A stretch of DNA of 64,000 nucleotides, taken from positions 98,458,001-98,522,000 of the forward strand of contig NW_024704742.1 in assembly GCF_018977255.1 (NCBI RefSeq), in the 5' to 3' direction. Shown here piece by piece: positions 24,210 through 37,574 of this stretch. Position 1 is the first letter of the stretch. The number at the start of each line of letters is the position of its first letter. The position numbers and the translations under genes were made by a program. The notes below the pieces were generated by a model that had not been told where the DNA came from, made no database searches, and saw only the letters and a list, made by a program, of their open reading frames with translations. The stretch is from Callorhinchus milii. Lineage: Eukaryota.

Positions 24210-26512
24210 CAACAACACAACAACAACAAGATTCCATTTATAGAGCGCCTTTCACGTCAGGAGGACGTCCCAAGGCACTGTACAGTTGGGTCAGGACCCG
24301 AGCATTGGGGGGGAAATGGTCAGGGTGAGGGGAGGGAAGGGAGGGAGCGAGGAGGTGGTAGAGAGTCGAGAGGGGAGCCGAAGGCACGGTCAAAGAGAAA
24401 GGACTTGAGACCGGCCTTGAAGGAGGAAAGGGAGGAGGCGGCGAAGGCACTGGGGGATAGAGTTCCAGAGCCTCGGGGCTGAGAGGCTGAAGGCCCGGCC
24501 ACCGATGGTAGGGCGGTTGGGGCGGGGGACTGGAGCAGACCGGAGCCAGAGGAACGGAGGGTACGGGCAGGTAGGTAGGGGGATAGTAGGTCAGAGAGGT
24601 AGGAGGGAGCAAGGCCGTGAATGGCCTTGTAGGTGAGGATGAGGATCTTGAAATCGATCCTCTGGGGGATGGGGAGCCAGTGGAGGCGAGCGAGGGTGGG
24701 AGTGATGTGGTCCCGAAGCCTGGTGCGGGACAGTACACGAGCTGCAGAGTTCTGAATGACCTGCAGCTTGTGGAGGGAGGTGCCGGGAAGGCCGGCGAGG
24801 AGAGAGTTCCCATAGTCCAGCCTTGAGGTGATAAAGGCGTGGACCAGAGTTTCAGCAGCGTGAGGGGTGAGGTAGTGCCGTAGTCTGGCGATATTCCGGA
24901 GGTGATGGAAGGCGGTGCCAGTTGTGGCGCGGATATGAGGGAGAAAGGACAGCTCAGGGTCGAACAGAACACCGAGGTTCCTGACTGGCTTTGAGAGGTG
25001 GAGAGTGCAGCCTTGGATGCTGATGGTGTCAGCGCCTGAGGTGCGGAGGCGCTGACGTGAGCCAATCAGGAGGGCCTCAGTTTTGCGCACGTTGAGCTGA
25101 AGAAAGTTGTCTCTCGTCCAGGACTCGATGTCGGACAGGCAGGCTGTCAGGACATCGGTGGTCGTGGAGTTGAGGGTAGAGGAGGAAAGGTAGAGTTGGG
25201 TGTCATCCGCATACATGTGGAAGTTAACCCCATGTCTGCGGATGATGTCACCAAGGGGGAGCATATAGAGGGTGAAAAGGAGGGGACCGAGGACAGAGCC
25301 CTAAGGGACACCACACGAGACAGTGCGGGGGCTGGAGGAAAAGCCATTCATGGAAACATAGTGAAGATGGTGGGAGAGGTACGACCTAAACCACTCAAGG
25401 ACAGTGCCTTGAAGATTGAGGTGGGAGGACAAGCGGTGGAGGAGGATAGCATGGTCGACCGTATCGAATGCTGCCGATAGGTCGAGGAGGACGAGGAGGC
25501 AGAGGGAGCCCTGGTCACAGATGGTCAGGATGTCATTGGTGACCTTGACCAGGGCAGTTTCTGTGCTATAGGCAGCACGGAAACCTGACTGAAGGGGTTC
25601 GAATAGTGAATGGGTGGAGAGGAAAGAGCGCAGCTGGGAGGCGACAACTCGTTCCAGGACCTTGGACAGAAAGGGGAGGTTGGAGATGGGCCGGTAGCTT
25701 GATAGCTGCGACGCATCAAGGGAGGGTTTTTTCAAGGTGGGAGTGATGGTGGCAGTTTTTAAGGGAATGGGAACGGAGCCAGAGGAGAGGGACAGGTTGA
25801 CGATGTCTGTGATATGTGGGGCAAGCAGGTGGAGCTGGGAGATAAGGAGTGGAGTGGGGATGGGGTCAAGGGAGTAGGTGGTGGGTTTCAGGGATAGGAT
25901 GAGTTTGGTGACAGAGGGTGGGGAAACGGGTACGAAAGTGTGTAGGGGAGGATGGGTAGGAGTCGGAGTGTGGGAGGGAGGGGGTGGGTGGATGTTGGAG
26001 GGGAAGTGACCGCGGAGCGAATTCCCTTGATTTTGGATTCAAGGAAATCCAGCATCTCCTCGCAGTGAAGGTTGGAGGAGATGACCTGCGCGGGGTGGCG
26101 GGGGGACGGAGGAGTCGGGATGTGGTAGAAAACAGTAGCCTGGCGTTGTTCTTCGACTCCAGGATTATCCTGGAGTAGAAGGACGACTTGGCCGAGGCTA
26201 GAGTGGAGCGGTAGATTTTGAGGAGGTCCAGCCAGATTTGTCTGTGGACCGTTAGGCCAGATTTGACGCAGGTGCATTCAATGGCCCGCACCTGGCTTTT
26301 CAGTGAGTGAAGGTGGGTGGTGAACCAGAGGGAGGAGCGGGAGAAGGAGACAGTACGGGAGGTGATGGGGGCAAGAGTATCGAGTGTGGAGGAGAGGGTG
26401 TTGTGGAGGAGGGTAAGAGGAGAAGAGGGGTCAGTGAGGGTTGAAGGCCAGAGGGAGAGGAGTTCAAAGGACTCCAAGGCAGTGGTTAGGGATTGTGGGG
26501 GTAACTTCTTTT
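24210..26512 (-). mobile_element. Young L2-clade LINE, 5'-truncated (about 2.3 kb), RT domain almost intact
   Basis: Motifs [57 protein letters not shown] (in-frame TAG at 25301-25303) and [10 protein letters not shown]. (TTG)n tail. Confidence 0.97.
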
Positions 26513-26621
26513 AATCAATTGTCAAATTTCCTCGATAAGGGCTGACCCTTTTGTTTAGTTGTCACAACCATCATTGCCTGGACATTGGATTTCAATTCAA
26601 TGACGCTGAACATATTGTAGT

Positions 26622-26815
26622 GAAAAGGTGAAAGAGAGAGAGAAAGTGAAAGAGTCAGAAAGAGAAAAAGACTCAACGGGATAGTGAAAGAGACAGAAAA
26701 AGTCAGAGAGAGGAAAAGAGAAGTCAGCGAGATGGAGAGCAAAATAGAAATTCAATGTCAAAAGACAGAAAAGTCAGAGAATTTTTTTTAAGTAAAACCA
26801 GAGTGGGAGAGAGAA
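26622..26815. repeat. Purine-rich low-complexity tract (AG/AGAA)
   Basis: Repeated AAAGAGACAGAAAAGTCAGAGA-like units. Confidence 0.7.
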
Positions 26816-27811
26816 GGGTTGACACATTGGGTTACTGTAATGATAATGTAATTGACACTTCAGTCAATTTCTGCCCCACATTTATTTTGCATGTTGACCA
26901 ATTATCTCCTCTACTTCCGTATCCATAATAAGTTGGGTTTAGTGTGGCTAACATACTCTCTAATGCTATTACAAATTACAAATTCTCAGTCCTTCAAGGC
27001 ATTGAAATTGCTTCCAAAACTAACAATCTCCTGACCAACACAATGTTTTTTTAATCTAAGTAAGATAGATGCTGGTGTGCAACCAAGTTATTTATTAACA
27101 AATGTTCTTGAAGAACAGCTGTATCAAGTGGTTTTCAAAATGTTCTTGTCAGAAACCTCCATTTATTGAGAAAATGATGCAATTGCACATTGACATGAGC
27201 CAAGTTGCAGTTGATAGATTTTCCAAAGTTACTGAGATATGAATTCAGCTATGACTTTAGACTAAGCTGACACGTGCTTTGTTATTTCACATAAGTTCTA
27301 CGTGCTGGTGCTGTGGTAAAGGTTTGGGCTTGAGCCAAGTAGTCATCAATTAATGTATTTTCAAAACACCAATTAAGATTTCACAACATATTGATATTAC
27401 TATCTCCCTCTGCTGGTTTTAAAATGCTGGAATATTAAACATTAGCTTCTGAAATATGCTCCAAGCAACATTCATGTTTCATGGTTACTAACAAAGCACT
27501 CACAATATAAACAGATTTTTCTCTGAGGAATCTCCTGTCACAAAGTTGCAAGGACTTGTCTTGGACCTGAGACTTGGAGTCTCGAGACTCTGTGTGATGT
27601 ACATGGGATGCCCTGGAAAAAAATCACTGTTGTCACATTGTCAAAAATTCAGGTTAGACAAGTCACTAACTAAAGGGATGTGAGCCACCTCCACCCCTCC
27701 CACCCCCCCAACCACCCACCCATCTCAACACAGTGGTCGAGTATGAAGCAGGGGTTAGCATGACATGCTTTGGTTGCAGGAAGGAGACTCCTGTTGAACT
27801 CTACAATATCA

Positions 27812-28000
27812 TTAGATGGTTTGGGATAAAAAAAAGGCATTTGACCCATTTGATTTCATCCTTCCAGAATATCCTCCTATCACAGCATTAAGCTGTTCCT
27901 TAAAAGAGTTCAGCATCCTCACTCCAACCAGCCTTCCTAGCAACCCGTTCTGTACTTTCTCAGTAAAAAAAACACTTCACAGTGCCTCTCTAGAAATAGC
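27812..28000 (-). mobile_element. CR1-like 3' UTR relic; further copies at ~29248-29420, ~30077-30300 and ~62610-63000
   Basis: Shared string GGTTTGGATGAAG..GGCC..TG.CCCAT.TGA.CTCATCC.TCCAGAA.A.CC..CCTA at all four sites. Confidence 0.6.
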
Positions 28001-28009
28001 ACTTTGCAA

Positions 28010-28568
28010 CACTAGACATGATTGGGATTCCTTATTAATAATATAATAATACTCCAATGCACTTTTTGCCAATCTTCCAAGCTCCACCATTCACATGATC
28101 CAGCTCATTCAAAACTCTGCTGCCCGCATACTGACCCAGACCAAACTCAATACCCACATCTCATCAGTTCTGGCCAGGCTCCACTGGCTCCACATCACCG
28201 AAAAGATCGACTTCAAGATCCTCACACTCGTGTTCAAATCCATTCACTCTCTGGCACCTCCCTACCTGTCCGACCTCCTCACTCCCCAATCTGCTCAACT
28301 GGCACCAGCCTCCTGCTTGTCCCTCGCACCCTCCACCCCACTATTGGAGGTTGCGCTTTCAGCCACTACGTCCCAAAACTCTGAAACACTCTCCCTCAAT
28401 CGCTCCACCTTGCCACCTCCCCCCTCTTTCAGGTCCCACCTGAAAGCCTTCATGTTCGACGGTGCTTATGGCCACCTACCCCCAGCTTGGAATCAGGTTC
28501 CACAACTGTTAAGCGCTCTGAGACGCTAACCTGTGTGGAGGGTGCTATTTAAGTGCAAGTTGTTGTTG
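28010..28568 (+). mobile_element. L2 LINE 3' fragment
   Basis: Peptide QLIQNSAARILTQTKLNTHISSVLARLHWLHITEKIDFKILTLVFKSIHSLAPPYLSDLL. (TTG)n tail. Confidence 0.9.
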
Positions 28569-31560
28569 TAGTAATAAGAAGAAATCCTGTTAAACAAGTG
28601 CAAATAGGAGCAATAGTAGTAAATGTATGGAATAGAATCATAGAATGTTACAGGATTATGATAGGCTGTTGGGCTATAAGTCTGGGCTGTTTTTTTCCTA
28701 CACGAGACACCCAGTCTAATCCCACTTGCCTGCTTGGTACCAAACCCTTTCATATTTCTCTTTTTGAAGGTTTTATCAAATTCCCTTTTGAATCAACTTA
28801 AAGACTCAGCCTCGATGAAAGAATGCGTGATGTCCTGAGGTGTATATGAGGTTATTTTTCTTTTCTTCCAGTCCATGGTCTATTCATAATTTATTTGTAT
28901 TTTGCTTCCCCTTTTTAACATTATGGCATAAACCTCGAGCATTGCAGTGTTTTTTATGTTCAACACAATTTCAATCAATTAACCTTCATTTTGTATTCAG
29001 GCAGCATATAAGGAGTCTACGTCATGAAGAGTTCTGTAATACGCACATCTCATGGCTAATCTCACAGGTGGAAATTAATATCACATCGCACTGATTTTAA
29101 TGTAGAAATCTGTCTGTAACACTCATGTTATGTGTTTCATTAAACATGAATAACCTGTAAAATCTTCTTTCTTAAAGCAGATGCTCAAGGGGCAAGTATG
29201 GATAATTCAAAAACCAAGAAGCCTTGAATGAGTTCAAAAGATTACACAATTGGTTTGGATGAAGGTTTGACCCATCTGATCTCATCCCTCCAAAATATCC
29301 AGCCTATTTTCCTCTCATCACAGCTTTTGGTTGTTTTCTAAATGAGTCAATTGTCCTGGCCTCAGCCTCAGCTACCCTTCCTAGCAACAGTTGTTAACTA
29401 CCCTTTGTTCTGAAATTGCTTTTGCAATTCTAAACCTACATTTTTTTTATTAAGCTTTTTCCAATAATTGTGCAATGCACAGATCTGGTCAGCACTCTTA
29501 TAAACTTAGGGAAGAATCTCTCTAGAGTGTGGGCCATTCATTTACTGACAGGAAATCTGCTACTGTGCAAAGTCCATACTTTCCCACTTGTGCACCAATG
29601 ATACATGGAATCACCTTAATGGTGAAGTCTGCTTTGGGAGAAACAAAGATTTATAGTAAACTAATTTACAGGGCACTGAATTACATGATCTATGGTCATA
29701 TTTAGAAATTAATCATCTTTAAAAGCTAAAACAAGATTTAACTTAGTTAGGAACAAATAGCTTTAGTATAATTGATTATTTGTTTACTTTATTGCCAGTA
29801 CATGAGTGAGTGAATTGATGAATAGAAAGTATGACATTGTAGAATGATATTATATGACACAAATAGTTTTCCAAACTCAATATAACAGAGAAATGAAGGA
29901 GAAATTAATGATAATCACCTTATCACATGGTAAAGAAATAGTTTCAACTTTTTTTAACTATTGAAACAATGTAAAGGGAATAGGTTGTCACCTTGGCTTA
30001 GTTAGCAGTATTCTTACCCCTGGGTCAGATAGTTCAAGATAAATCCAGGGTCATGATCTACACTGATGTATCACAAGATCGGTTTGGATGAAGAAGGCCC
30101 TTTGGCTCTTCCGACCTCATCCCTCCAGAAAACCCACCCTACCGTTCTCCCATCAAAGCATTAAGCTTCTTTTTAACACAGTCCAGAGTCCTCAACCACC
30201 TTTCCTAGCAACCTGTTCCAGGTTAATTACCCTCTTAGCAAAGGAAAATGTTCTGCCATTTTCATCATTATTGCTCTCTTCTGCAATGCCCCCTTATGTT
30301 GCGGTGACCTTATAGGTGCAGCCTAAACAATGCAGCCTAAGTATGATGTCTGGGGATGTAAAGTCAACTGATTGAGTGATATACCTAACATCATGTTTAC
30401 CTTACTTAGATGAGATGTTAATCCAAGGTCCTGTCAAATGGAAAGGACATTCTCCTCGTGTCTTGGGAAACACTTTATTTTTCAGGTACGTGAATTATTC
30501 ACTTCTTAGTTGCTTGTAGGACCTTGTTTTGTCTATAACTAGACTTGACAGCAATTAACTGTGATGATTTTTTTAATGCTATAGGCACTATATCAAACAT
30601 AAAGATTACTATTAAGTGATATTCGCTTTTAGTCTGGGTTTCACAAAGCGTATATTTATGTTTATTAGAGATGCATTTCTCTTCAACACAGTCCTAGAAG
30701 GTTTGACTGAGATGAATTAGAGGGGCATTCATTTATTTCACTTAATTTATTAAATAATATGTAATATGCAGAAACAAAAAGGTTGAAACAGAAATAGAAT
30801 GCAAGTCAGACGGAACACATACATGTTCTATTCTCGCCATTATGAGAGGAAATTATTATATCCTGCAGAAAATCAATCCCCAGAACCTTTAAGAATATAA
30901 TAAATCTGACTTTTAATTAATGCAACTTTACATGACTACTTTACTCTTTTCACCTCATATTCGGTCATGATGTATCGGCTTTATGTTTAGCCAACCAATG
31001 CAGCAATTTATTAGCTAGTAGAGGGAATTATCAGGGATGCTCGACCTGACAATGGCTGCACTTGGCAACACAGGAAGCGTTAAAGCACCATCTGTACATT
31101 TGCGTTCCAGTTAAAAAATAATTCCAAATGTACAATTCTTTTAAATTACCTTTTGCTTAAAATCAAAATAATAATATGGACAAAAAGTGCTCCACAGCCT
31201 TCAACAGAATAGTAAGATATTTGGACTAATGAATTGAACTTGATAACTTTGTTGATTGTGAGTTATCAGGTCTTTGTCATTAAAACTGTTGTAACAAGAA
31301 CTTATGCTTGAAGGAGATCGGTAGTAACCACAAACCACTGGAACCCTTATTACAAATAACCACATGGACTGATTGAAACACTGTCATGCAAGCAACGACA
31401 GTATCTGCTGACCCCAAGCTCACTCTAGGTGGGAAAATTATGCCAATTTTATAAAGTGGTATTGCTCTGCCTCTTAGCCAGTCGATCCCAAAGCAGTCCA
31501 CATGGTCCACAGGATTCTGTTACCGTTGGAAAGAAGTCTCCAAGACATACAGGACATTGT

Positions 31561-31859
31561 GGAGTCCTGTAGCTCAGTGGTTAGAGCACTCGCTTTGCAA
31601 GCGAGAGACCTGAGTTCAATTCCAGGCAGGGCAAAACCTTGGGCAAGTTTCCTTACTCCACACGCCTAATAATAATCCCTCCAAAACCAAAAACAATAAT
31701 AAATTGGTCATTTTCAATCTATGACTGTTTGTGGGACATTGCTGTGCGCAATTGGCTGCTGCGTTCGCACACAAATATAGTCAATTCACTTTACAGTGTG
31801 TTCTGTGAAGCACTTTGGGACGTCCTCCCGACGTGAAAAGCGTTATATCAAATGCAAGG

Positions 31860-31894
<35 letters not shown>

Positions 31895-31904
31895 CATTAT
31901 TATT
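31561..31904 (+). mobile_element. Full-length tRNA(Ala-like)-derived SINE, short variant
   Basis: GGAGTCCTGTAGCTCAGTGGTTAGAGC (A box), anticodon arm CTCGC-TTTGCAA-GCGAG (TGC), B box GAGTTCAATTCC, Deu-like body, L2-like 3' end and (ATT)n tail. Confidence 0.92.
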
Positions 31905-32387
31905 CGATAGCACTGTAGCCGGAGCCACAAATTCCCTCTTGTTCTACCAGGAGACCTCCTTGCTAAATGCGGAGTCCTCTGAGTTTTCTTCACTCTTGGG
32001 AAGGCTCTTATACTTCACAGTCTCAAGATTCAGGGCTCCATAGTCAGTTCTCCAGTGGACCTACCATAACCCGACCACTGGGAACATGCATTAGAGAAAC
32101 CTGTCTCGGCCTTGGGGCCCTACTCCTGCCCCCCACACTCACTCTCTTTTGCCTCTTGCATGCTACACTGTATTCCGTTTTCTCTTGAAGATCTAAATTG
32201 GTAATAAATGGTTCCTGGGATGGGGAGAGAATGGATTTCATGGTGGTTCAGGAGTTCACAGTAAAATAAGAAATCTAAAAAGAAAATTATGATATAGAAG
32301 CCAAAGGAGTAGCTAAATTTGACCCCAGAAATACTCCACATTCAAATCAAAGATTGTGTTAAATTCCCACTCAGGTGAGACAACTAT

Positions 32388-32705
32388 AATAATAATAATA
32401 ATAATCCTTGCATTTGATATAGCGCTTTTCACGTCTTCTCGACAACTCAAAGCGCTTCACAGAATAGACTGCAAAGTGAATTGACTGTATATTTGTGGGC
32501 GAAACGTGAGAGTCAATTGCGCACAGCAGTGTCCCACAAACAATCGTGCTTTGAAGTGACCAATTTATTATTGTTTTGTTTTGGAGGGATTATTATTAGG
32601 TGTGTGGAGTAAGGAAACTTGCCCAAGGTTTCGCCTTGCCTAGAATTGAACCCAGGTGTCTCGCTTGCAAGGCAAGTGCTCTAACCACTGAGCTACAGGA
32701 CTCCA
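32388..32705 (-). mobile_element. Full-length tRNA-derived SINE, short variant
   Basis: Reverse complement of the 31561 copy. Ends CACTGAGCTACAGGACTCC on +. Confidence 0.92.
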
Positions 32706-33949
32706 CTATGGGAGGAGATCATAGTAGTAGTTTTTTAAGTGTTTCATACTGAACATCACAAGTAGTGTTTAATAAGTATTGCCAACTTAAATTAACACCA
32801 CAGATTTTACTCCAAATAATTATAGATTTCATGGCTTTTTGTGGGACATTGATGTGTGAAAAATTGGTTGTTATGTTTGCCCACAAAAAATGCAGTCACT
32901 TCACTTTAAAATCTTGTGAAGAACTTTGAGCAGCCTCCCTGTTCCAAATGTAAGGATTATTAAGATTATAGTACAGAAACGTCCATGTCAATAATTGGTT
33001 ATCTTGTTGATCCAGGTCAAATTGTAAACCATGAACTGAAGACAAAGCTCTCTCATCTTTGCCATTTGAAGTTTAGGAGGCTTTTTCTTTTATAATGCAT
33101 TATGAGCTAGTATTCTCTCCTATATTGCTATCTACCTCATCTGAATTCCTTGTTCTTTCCTTGTACCCTTTTATATTGTTCCTCTTCAAATATCTATCCA
33201 TAACATTTACATAAATTATATCCTGGATTGATCATGTTCATCTCATTCTGCATACAATTTATGATAACTAATGGAAATACTTTATTTAACAAGAAGGGAG
33301 TAAAATAAGTCAATGTATAAGTCAGCTCAGGAATCATTTTTAGTGTCAGTGTCAAAGTTAATGTAATCATATGGTGATCAGGCTCATTGGGCTTGGAGAG
33401 AGCTAGGGACTAAAGAACTAGCCTAATGATACATTTCAATATATTTAATAATACTAAACTATATGAAGAATTTTTCAGAACTTTACAGAGAGTATTATTA
33501 CCTGAACAAAGAGGTCATTTAAAAGTTAGAAGAATCAAGTTTTGCTTAAGTATTATGTTTCATATTGTAAAAAAATTTGGTCAAATTACTCCAAAGGTGT
33601 GTCACAGAGTTTATATTTCAAAAATGCATATCAGCATTTAAGTGAATCCAACTTGTATTCTGACGATGAAACCTAGAGAATGTTGTCTAATCACAGTTCC
33701 TTTGTATGTTACAATCCATTGGTTTATTCTTCAAAACTAAAGAACCAAAAAGTATGTTTCTTAATAAAGTGAAATGTAATTTCATATTCTTGTCCTTAAA
33801 CAGTGCACACTGCAATATATATGTTCTTGTGCTCTCTGAAGATTTTTTTTTATTGAAATCAATCTCAAGGCAGTATCATTTTTGAAGCTTGTAAAAAAGT
33901 AAGTGCCTTCACTATGTCTTTTCTCATGGCTTTTTCTCTTACCCTCCCA

Positions 33950-34665
33950 CAGTCACAATCAGTTTTCATCAGGGCTCTATCCTGAGTCCTTTCCTTTTGC
34001 TTCTACATGTTCCTCCTGCTGACAAGATCAGCTGTTTCTATTTATATAGTTGACACCTTTCTACCTCCACTCTCAACTTCAGACCACTGCTATTTTGACA
34101 AACTGCCTGTCAGGCATCAAGTCCTGGATGAGCCATAACTTTCTCCAACTCGAAGTTGGCAACACCGAGGCTGTCTTCCTCACCTCATGCGCTGATTGTA
34201 CCAACCTCCCTGATTGTTGACATAGATAATATGAAACCTCAGTGTTTTGTTCGATCCTCAACTGTCCTTGAAGCCTTTCATCCAGGCTCTGACCAAGTCT
34301 GCTTTCTTTTCATCTTCTCAACATCGCCCTCATTTGTCCTTGTTTTTTCCAGACTCAATTTCTCCAATCACAAAAACAAAAACAGAAGTTGCTGGGAACA
34401 CTCAGCAGGTCAGGCATCATCTATGGAGAAAGGAAAATGAGTCAACGTTTCGGGTCCACAACCCAAAGTTTTAAGAGGTTTTAACATTCCCCACTTCTAA
34501 TGAAGGATCATGGACCTGAAACATTGACTCATTTCCTTTCTCAATAAATGCTGCCTGACCTGCTGAGTGTTCCCAGCGACTTCCGTCTTTTGTTTTCAGA
34601 GTTCCAGCCTCTGCAGTATTTTGCATTTCGTTCAATTTCTCGAATGCCTTGTTCCCAGCCACATA
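33950..34665 (+). mobile_element. Old L2 RT fragment interrupted by a palindromic element
   Basis: Decayed QGS.L.P..F..Y region and TGCCTGTCAGGCATCAAGTCCTGGATGAGCCATAACTTTCTCCAACTC (CLSDIKSWM..NFLQL-like). Confidence 0.75.
34369..34631 (+). mobile_element. Palindromic non-autonomous element (Penelope-like terminal-repeat type) with 14-bp TSD
   Basis: Inverted arms at ~34374-34457 and ~34512-34597. Flanked by TCAATTTCTC(C/G)AAT at 34355-34368 and 34632-34645. Confidence 0.75.
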
Positions 34666-35214
34666 CAGAGGAAAATCTCTTATTGTCATAGCGAGTTTGT
34701 CCAATGAGTTTGTTGAGTAAGTTGTTCAGCCATTCAGTCGGAGTAGGTCTGAGTTTTAATACTGGGCTCATGCTCAATCAACAGGGGCATTGGCTCTCCT
34801 ATGCAGGAAGCTAGAAGTGGCGTCAGCAGCAATGTGATGAAGGGACTAGTGGCCATTTTCATTTTGTGATCCTGCTATAGTTTGGGCTTTAATTTTTAAT
34901 TAATGTATTTTTTAGTTTTATAGGACTATATCTGGGTTAGGCTCACAACAAAAGGAGTCCATGACGGGTTCATTAAATCAAAATTAAACTGGGTAAGTCT
35001 CTGGTTGGGTTTGGGGTAAGAGATATGGCTTGAGACAGATAAACACTTCATGGATGAATACCATGGTTTCTATGATGGTGGATTTGCAGTTCTGAGGCTG
35101 GGATGTTCTTCTGTGGAGTTAATGCTTGGTTAACTTCAGCATCTTGGAATATCTATGAACAACCTGACCATGCAAGAAAAAGATTGCATGGGTGGACTCC
35201 ATAACAAAGTAAAT

Positions 35215-35500
35215 TATAATAATAATCCTTGCATTTGATATAGTGCTTTATCATGTCTTCAATGTGTCTCAAAGCGCATCACAGAATATACTGTAAAGCG
35301 AATTGACTGTATATTTTCTGTGCAAAACGCAGCAGCCAATTATGCACAGCAGTGTCCCACAAACAGTCATGTCAAACAGTGACCAAATTATTATTATTCT
35401 TTTGGAAGGGTTTATTATCCCCAGAAAAGCGATCTGCCAATCAACTAACAATCACCTTGCTTGCGAGGTGAGTGCTCTAATCACTAAGCTACAGGACTCT
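35215..35500 (-). mobile_element. tRNA-derived SINE, long variant with internal deletion
   Basis: Tail TAATAATCCTTGCATTTGATATAG and head ...GCTACAGGACTC on +. Retains part of the extra segment seen at 12510-12570. Confidence 0.85.
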
Positions 35501-37574
35501 AATACAAGTTATACCTAGTCTATGAAAAAAGACCTATGAACTCAATGATCTTCACTTATGTTGGTACTCTGATAAGATTAAGCAATGCAAAGAATGTGAT
35601 TTGGGGCTTGTCCTTCCTCACAGAGGGGATAAAATCAGAATTGGAGTAATCAAGATGCTCTCACATCTCTGCCTGAAGCTATTAGCAGAGGTGTGAGAAC
35701 AAGTTACGCAGTTGCTTTTGAGTCTAGGGAATGGTAAATGGGGAAGGAAGATCTGGATAGAGAAAGGGTGAAAATACCAAATGAATTGCCACAGAAATTG
35801 TGAATATTTTAAATAGGCATATCTTTTCTCCAGGGCCTTGGGTTGTTGGGCAGATGGAAATCTACAGAATTTGACATGAAAGCATATTTAATTCAAAAAA
35901 AAGTTTAGAATATGATTGTAGTGTACATTTACCCATCATCTGGCTGGTAGATCTGCCTGAGTACACGCAGGCCACTGATTTGGAGATGACAAAATTGATC
36001 TAAAATTTAATGCAGATTGTTAGCAAAAGGATATTGCAATTATAATGAACTTGTGCCTCCAGGTGCAGGGATGCTTCATTATATGAATTCCACTCTCATT
36101 ATGACAAAGTCCTTGGGAGCTGAGCATTTACCTTGTTTTGTAAGGTGTATGCTGCAATGATTGAACCATATGTAGCACAAAATAAGAGTCCAAACCTTAG
36201 AACAGAGACAGCTTTCTAACTGAGAAATATAGAATGAGGGTGGGGTGGATTTAAAACACTCTACTGGAATACTTGGAGATCAGTTACAACCAAAATTAAA
36301 TTCCAGTTTAATTTGGAAGAGAATGATTTAGATGAACAAGTCAATGTTATTGAACTTCAAAATAAATGTTTTCAATCCAGCATGATGCATTATGCTGACA
36401 TAACAAATGTGGACATTAATTAAACAGCATCACCATCCAGCAGAGATATTTGCCCTCTAGGTGGCTGACCTGAGGTAATAATAAAGATTTATTAACTGGA
36501 ACTGACAGTCTTTCACTATGTGCGTACGATATATCCATACTGTAATTCCCACCACTGTTGCTACTTAGTCTGTGACATCATAGAAGCACTGTCTGAGCAA
36601 TGTTAACTCACTGACAAAAGTTTGGATAGTTCCTGTGGAACAACCATTGAAAATGCAATACAATTTACATTTATATAAGTGCCTTTCACTTCAGGAGAAC
36701 ATCTCAAAGGGCATTCACAGTGCTGGTTGGGCACCTGAGCTGGAGACTGGGAATGGAAAGGAATGAGGAGGGAAAAGTTGACTAAAAGCAGCCAAAGAGG
36801 TATATTGTGAGATGTTGCTTGAAAGAGGGGAGGGAGGGAGGGAGGGAGAAAGTCAGAGAGATTCCGAGATGGAGTTTCTTAGAGTGGGGGCAGAATGTCT
36901 GAAAGTCCATCTGCAGCTTTCCTCCTGAAATGTGTGGTGCAATGCTGAAAGTTCAATTTATTGTGAAGCAATGTTTTTTAAAGTCCTCTGGTGGATTAAA
37001 GTGGGAGGCTTCAGTTCATTGATATGAATCTAAATTGGGAGAATTCAATATTTGTACTCTTCAAATTTGTTGTCTTAATTTACTCCGTGCTGACAGTTGC
37101 CTGATTAATTAGAAATGTAGTCTTGATAGTTAAATACATTATCAATGATAAACACAGCAAAATATAAAAATAGTAATGATACAGTGCAATAATTTTAAAA
37201 GCTCTGCTACTCCCTCTATCAGCCAGTCAAACCAATCATTTCTGCTCTATTCAAACCATACATTATAATTTCTGCTCTAATTGTGTCCTTTTTCTTGCCA
37301 AAGAAAGTATGTTTATCTCTGAGCCTTTCTTTATAACATAGAGCTCTAAGTCATTGATTTAACTTTCTAGTTCTATTCTTAATCCTTTCCCACACATGTA
37401 TTCGAAAGAGTGACTTCTCCAGTGATTTGTAGAATGTTAGAACAACGTGTTTTGAGTTATAATCCAATGTTCTCAAGATGCAAGTATTGATTAGTTTGGT
37501 TGGTAAGAGCTTCACTCTGATTGCACAATTTCAACAACAACTTGCATTTTATATATCCTATTTCAATGAATCAG

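Noticed and set aside
24238..25065. 275-aa Ser/Pro-rich ORF and similar overlapping or antisense ORFs in L2 copies
   Set aside because: These are alternative frames of C-rich L2 sequence that is naturally poor in stop codons.
24300..26400. CpG island or promoter
   Set aside because: The GC and CpG richness is fully explained by the young L2 insertion.
31561..31635. Functional tRNA-Ala(TGC) gene
   Set aside because: The acceptor stem does not pair and the sequence continues into the SINE body found in many copies. It is a SINE head.
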